NCBI GenBank assembly: GCA_038065455.1
Contig: JBBTQX010000002.1
Span: 1-64,000 of the forward strand
Source of the DNA: Patescibacteria group bacterium
Lineage (GTDB): Bacteria; Patescibacteriota; Minisyncoccia; UBA6257; GWB1-50-10
DNA: 64,000 bases
Direction of reading: 5' to 3'
Part shown: piece after piece, positions 60,803-64,000 of the stretch
Position numbering within the stretch: position 1 is the first letter of the stretch
Layout: each line of letters opens with the position of its first letter
Notes under the pieces: model-generated
The model's input: the letters and a program-made list of their open reading frames with translations, nothing else
The model's database searches: none
What the model was told of the DNA's origin: nothing
Translations under genes and position numbers: made by a program

Positions 60803-62947
60803 CTAAAGAACCCTTCGTTTCAGCAGAACGGCATTCACCGAAACAATTACGGTGCTTAATGACATTAAAACAGCCGAAACAGCCGGTTGAAGCAGAATTC
60901 CGTAGGAAACGAGAACGCCCGCCGCGAGCGGCATCGCGATAATGTTGTATCCGGTCGCCCACCACAAATTCTGAATCATTTTTGCGTATGTCAGGCGCGA
61001 AAGCTTTATTATCTTCGGAATATCCCTCGGATCGTTCCTGACCAATATGATTCCGGCCGATTCCACCGCTACATTCGTTCCGGCGCCGATGGCGATTCCC
61101 AAATCCGCCTGGGTCAAAGCCGGCGCATCGTTTATGCCATCGCCCACCATCGCGACTTTAAGGCCCTTGGATTGGAGTAATTTAACCTTCTCCGATTTTT
61201 CTCCCGGCAGAACCCGAGCGAAATATTCGTCGATTTCCAGTTCGTCCGCCACCCACTTCGCCACTTCTTCGGAATCGCCGGTAACCATCGCTGTTTTTAT
61301 GCCCATCGCTTTCAATCCGGCAATCGCTTCGCGCGATTCGTTTCGAATGATATCTCCCAAAACGATGAATCCAATTATATTTTCATCCGCTATAGCATAA
61401 ATAATCGTCTTCCCCTGCCCAGCAGATAACCCGATTTCTTTTGGAGTTTGGAATTTGGAATTTGGAATTTCCGAAAGTATCGCCTCTCCTCCGGCAAGAA
61501 TCCTTTTCCCTTGCACCGAGGCGCTTACGCCTTTTCCCGAAATTCTTTTGAAATCCTCAATCGGCAGAAGCGGAATATTTTTATCTTTCGCATACCGGAC
61601 AATAGCCTTGGAAACGAAGTGCTCCGAATGGCTGTCTACCGAAGCGGCCAACTGAATCACATCGCTCTCTTTCTGATTCGGCGCGGCAACGACTTTTTCC
61701 ACACCGTATTCGCCGGTCGTGAGCGTTCCCGTTTTATCGAAAAGGATTATGTCGATATTCCGGGCGGACTCCAACGCCATTCGCTGTTTCACCAAAAATC
61801 CGTTTTTGGCGGCAAGCGTCGTCGAGATGGAAGCGATGAGCGGCACCGCAAGACCCAAAGCGTGCGGACAAGCGATGACCAGAACCGCCACCAATCTCTC
61901 GATTGCGAATGAAGCTCCGCTCCCGCCCGAAAGCCACGCGGCGAAAGTTATAACGCCGACGGTTATAGCGATAAGCGTGAGATAGAAAGCGGCCCTATCC
62001 GAAAGAACCTGGAGGCGGGATTTCGAAGATTGGGCCTCCTGCACCAATTTCATCACGCCGGCCAGAAAAGTGTGTTCGCCGATTTTGGTCACTTGAATCT
62101 TCAATGAACCGTCGGCATTCAAGGTGCCGGCAATAACTTCGCTCCCCTCGCTCTTCAAAATCGGCTTTGACTCTCCGGTCACGGCGGATTCATTGACCTC
62201 CGATTTGCCTTCCACCACTTTTCCGTCGGCGGGAATCTTCGCTCCGGGCCGCACAAAAACCACGTCCCCGACCTTCAATTCGGCCAGAGGGATGGATATG
62301 CTATTGCCGCCGCGCAACACTTCTGCCATATCGGGCAAGAGCTTCGACAATTCTTTCAAGGCTCCCTGAGCGCTCTGGACCGACTTCATCTCGATATAAT
62401 GGCCCAAGAGCATTATCGTTATCAGAGTCGCAAGCTCCCAAAACAGCGTGTGTTCGCTTCCGGAAATAACCGACCCAACACTGAAAAAATAAGCGGCAGA
62501 AACCGCGATAGCGATAAGCGTCATCATTCCGGGCAAGCGCGCCCGAAGCTCGTGCCAAGCACCCATTAGAAAAACCCAGCCGCTGTAGAAAAACACTATT
62601 GAGCCCAAAATCAGCGCTAGATACCGGGAACCGACGAATGCCGGGAATTGCCAACTGAAAAGTGCTTCCGGCAAATCCGAATAAGCCAATATCGGAATCG
62701 TAAGAATCAGGCTTATCCAAAATTTACCGAGAAAACTCGATGTTTTGTGTCCGGCATGTCCCGATGGCTTTGCCATCGAGGATCCTCGATTGTTATACAA
62801 TCGGGACTTGTTGAATTCTTTTTTCTTTTTCTCCGGCACCAGATTCATTCCGCATTCCGGGCAATGGCCCGGCTTGTCGCTCTTCACTTCCGGATGCATC
62901 GGACAGATGTAGGTTTTTTGCTGTTCTCCTTGATTTTCGTGATTCAT
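60803..62947 (-). CDS. Copper-translocating P1B-type ATPase (CPH motif) with N-terminal metal-binding domain
   Basis: YICPMHP..CPECGM, TGES, ACPHALG, DKTGT, SEH, GDGINDAP, YN, MSLS. Confidence 0.95.
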   Translation of the reverse strand: MNHENQGEQQKTYICPMHPEVKSDKPGHCPECGMNLVPEKKKKEFNKSRLYNNRGSSMAKPSGHAGHKTSSFLGKFWISLILTIPILAYSDLPEALFSWQFPAFVGSRYLALILGSIVFFYSGWVFLMGAWHELRARLPGMMTLIAIAVSAAYFFSVGSVISGSEHTLFWELATLITIMLLGHYIEMKSVQSAQGALKELSKLLPDMAEVLRGGNSISIPLAELKVGDVVFVRPGAKIPADGKVVEGKSEVNESAVTGESKPILKSEGSEVIAGTLNADGSLKIQVTKIGEHTFLAGVMKLVQEAQSSKSRLQVLSDRAAFYLTLIAITVGVITFAAWLSGGSGASFAIERLVAVLVIACPHALGLAVPLIASISTTLAAKNGFLVKQRMALESARNIDIILFDKTGTLTTGEYGVEKVVAAPNQKESDVIQLAASVDSHSEHFVSKAIVRYAKDKNIPLLPIEDFKRISGKGVSASVQGKRILAGGEAILSEIPNSKFQTPKEIGLSAGQGKTIIYAIADENIIGFIVLGDIIRNESREAIAGLKAMGIKTAMVTGDSEEVAKWVADELEIDEYFARVLPGEKSEKVKLLQSKGLKVAMVGDGINDAPALTQADLGIAIGAGTNVAVESAGIILVRNDPRDIPKIIKLSRLTYAKMIQNLWWATGYNIIAMPLAAGVLVSYGILLQPAVSAVLMSLSTVIVSVNAVLLKRRVL

Positions 62948-62958
62948 ATTTTTTATTT

Positions 62959-63711
62959 TTATACTCCGCAAGACGAGCCTTTATTCTCGGTCGGCTTTAA
63001 TTTCGCGACTATCGCCTGATATCCCGAAGCGCTTGAATAGTTGGCCGAAAGAATCTCTTTGGCGGATATTCCGTCAGCTGACGAACCAATACTCTTTCCT
63101 TGTTGGGCCAAATATGCCTCAATGTTCGCATACATATCCGGAAACCAGGAAGTGTTGGCTTTTAGCGCCTCGTCATACATTTCCGCTTCATCCGCGCCTT
63201 GGCTTGCCATCAATTCAAGAAGCCCCAGCATCGCCATTCCGTGATTGCAATCCGGAAAATAAACCGAGTTGCCGCAACAAGGACGAAAGATGTTTTTGGA
63301 CACTCTTTCGACAAGCGCCTGCTGTTCCGGAGTCAATTCGATGAAATTATGCATCGAATAGTGATTCATCGCATTGCCGACGGAAATAGTCCAGCCGCCG
63401 GTCGAAGCGAATTTGTCCGCGCCGCCGTAGCTTGAATCCATCATCGGCCCTTTTTCCAAAATCGGATTTTTATTGGATAAGCCGAGCGCCCAAAGAAGAT
63501 TGAGGGTCGTGCTGGCCGATTCGAATTTTTTTTCGTCTATCACGCCCGCCTGAACCATTTTTATTTTAAGGCTCCCCAAATCGAGACTTCTATTTCCGGT
63601 CCGATTGGAATCGGCCGGAACACCCGCCCGATAAACTAGAGCCAAAGCGACAATCAAAACGGAAAACAAAACGCTGATCAGAATCAAATAATTCCCATTT
63701 TTATTTATCAT
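62959..63711 (-). CDS. Hypothetical membrane-anchored Cys/His motif protein
   Basis: N-terminal TM; RPCCGNSVYFPDCNHGM; ends SSCGV; directly upstream of the Cu ATPase. Confidence 0.7.
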   Translation of the reverse strand: MINKNGNYLILISVLFSVLIVALALVYRAGVPADSNRTGNRSLDLGSLKIKMVQAGVIDEKKFESASTTLNLLWALGLSNKNPILEKGPMMDSSYGGADKFASTGGWTISVGNAMNHYSMHNFIELTPEQQALVERVSKNIFRPCCGNSVYFPDCNHGMAMLGLLELMASQGADEAEMYDEALKANTSWFPDMYANIEAYLAQQGKSIGSSADGISAKEILSANYSSASGYQAIVAKLKPTENKGSSCGV

Positions 63712-63729
63712 AGTGATTTTTAAGAGCGG

Positions 63730-64000
63730 TTAATTCTGAGGCAAGGGGCACACCGTCTTGTCGGATAATTCCTGAAAAGACATTTCTCCCGCTATCCGAC
63801 TGCCATCCTGGAATATCCAGGTCGGATATCCATTAATGCCCTTTGCGGTGCATTTTGCCGTTTCCTGAGTACATTCTACATACGGCACATATTGGAACGC
63901 GCTCCCGAAAAGTTTCTTCTGATTCTGGCAATGAGGGCACCAATAGGCGCCGTACATCACGACATCTTTGGATGCCAAACATTTGGCGAATGTATCTATC
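63730..64000 (-). CDS. Thioredoxin/glutaredoxin-like protein (5' end outside the window)
   Basis: FAKCL...MYGAYWCPHCQNQK.LFG...YVEC...GYPTW. Confidence 0.85.
   Translation of the reverse strand, partial: IDTFAKCLASKDVVMYGAYWCPHCQNQKKLFGSAFQYVPYVECTQETAKCTAKGINGYPTWIFQDGSRIAGEMSFQELSDKTVCPLPQN

Overview
64 kb of a small-genome bacterial chromosome. The gene content and style point to Patescibacteria/CPR (Parcubacteria-like), which is an inference: RpoA lacks its CTD, AlaRS and ProRS are short, there is a Cys-rich zinc-ribbon protein, and many promoters look leaderless. Most genes are housekeeping and on the - strand: tRNA-Ser, lemA/TPM, groEL/ES, rel, parA/B, tRNA-Leu, nfo, truB, hrcA-grpE-dnaK-dnaJ (two CIRCE boxes), serS, lysS, greA, mreBCD-mrdA, proS, ddl, rseP, frr, holB, a second mreB, murA, infA-rpmJ-rpsM-rpsK-rpsD-rpoA-rplQ-rplM-rpsI, alaS, a glycerate kinase/ppsA/2-hydroxyacid dehydrogenase/enolase cluster and a Cu P-type ATPase. 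Accessory genes are a Panacea-RelE-like toxin-antitoxin pair and a type IIG R-M + NYN island. The most striking signal is a set of small hairpin-bounded insertion elements sitting exactly on start or stop codons of core genes. Family A has 14-15 bp terminal inverted repeats (ATCCCGTTAGAGAC...GTCTCTAACGGGAT) and duplicates the host ATGAA. One copy encodes a small GIY-YIG nuclease that begins at the left ATG and ends with a TGA overlapping the host gene's ATG. Three ~120 bp nuclease-less copies (at mrdA, rpsD, rpmJ) share a covarying hairpin and carry mini-ORFs that stop just before the host ATG. Families B and C show the same mini-ORF arrangement (C also has a covarying pseudoknot-like motif), and family D is a 24-bp palindrome present four times. 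I ran no database searches; functional calls come from recognising motifs.
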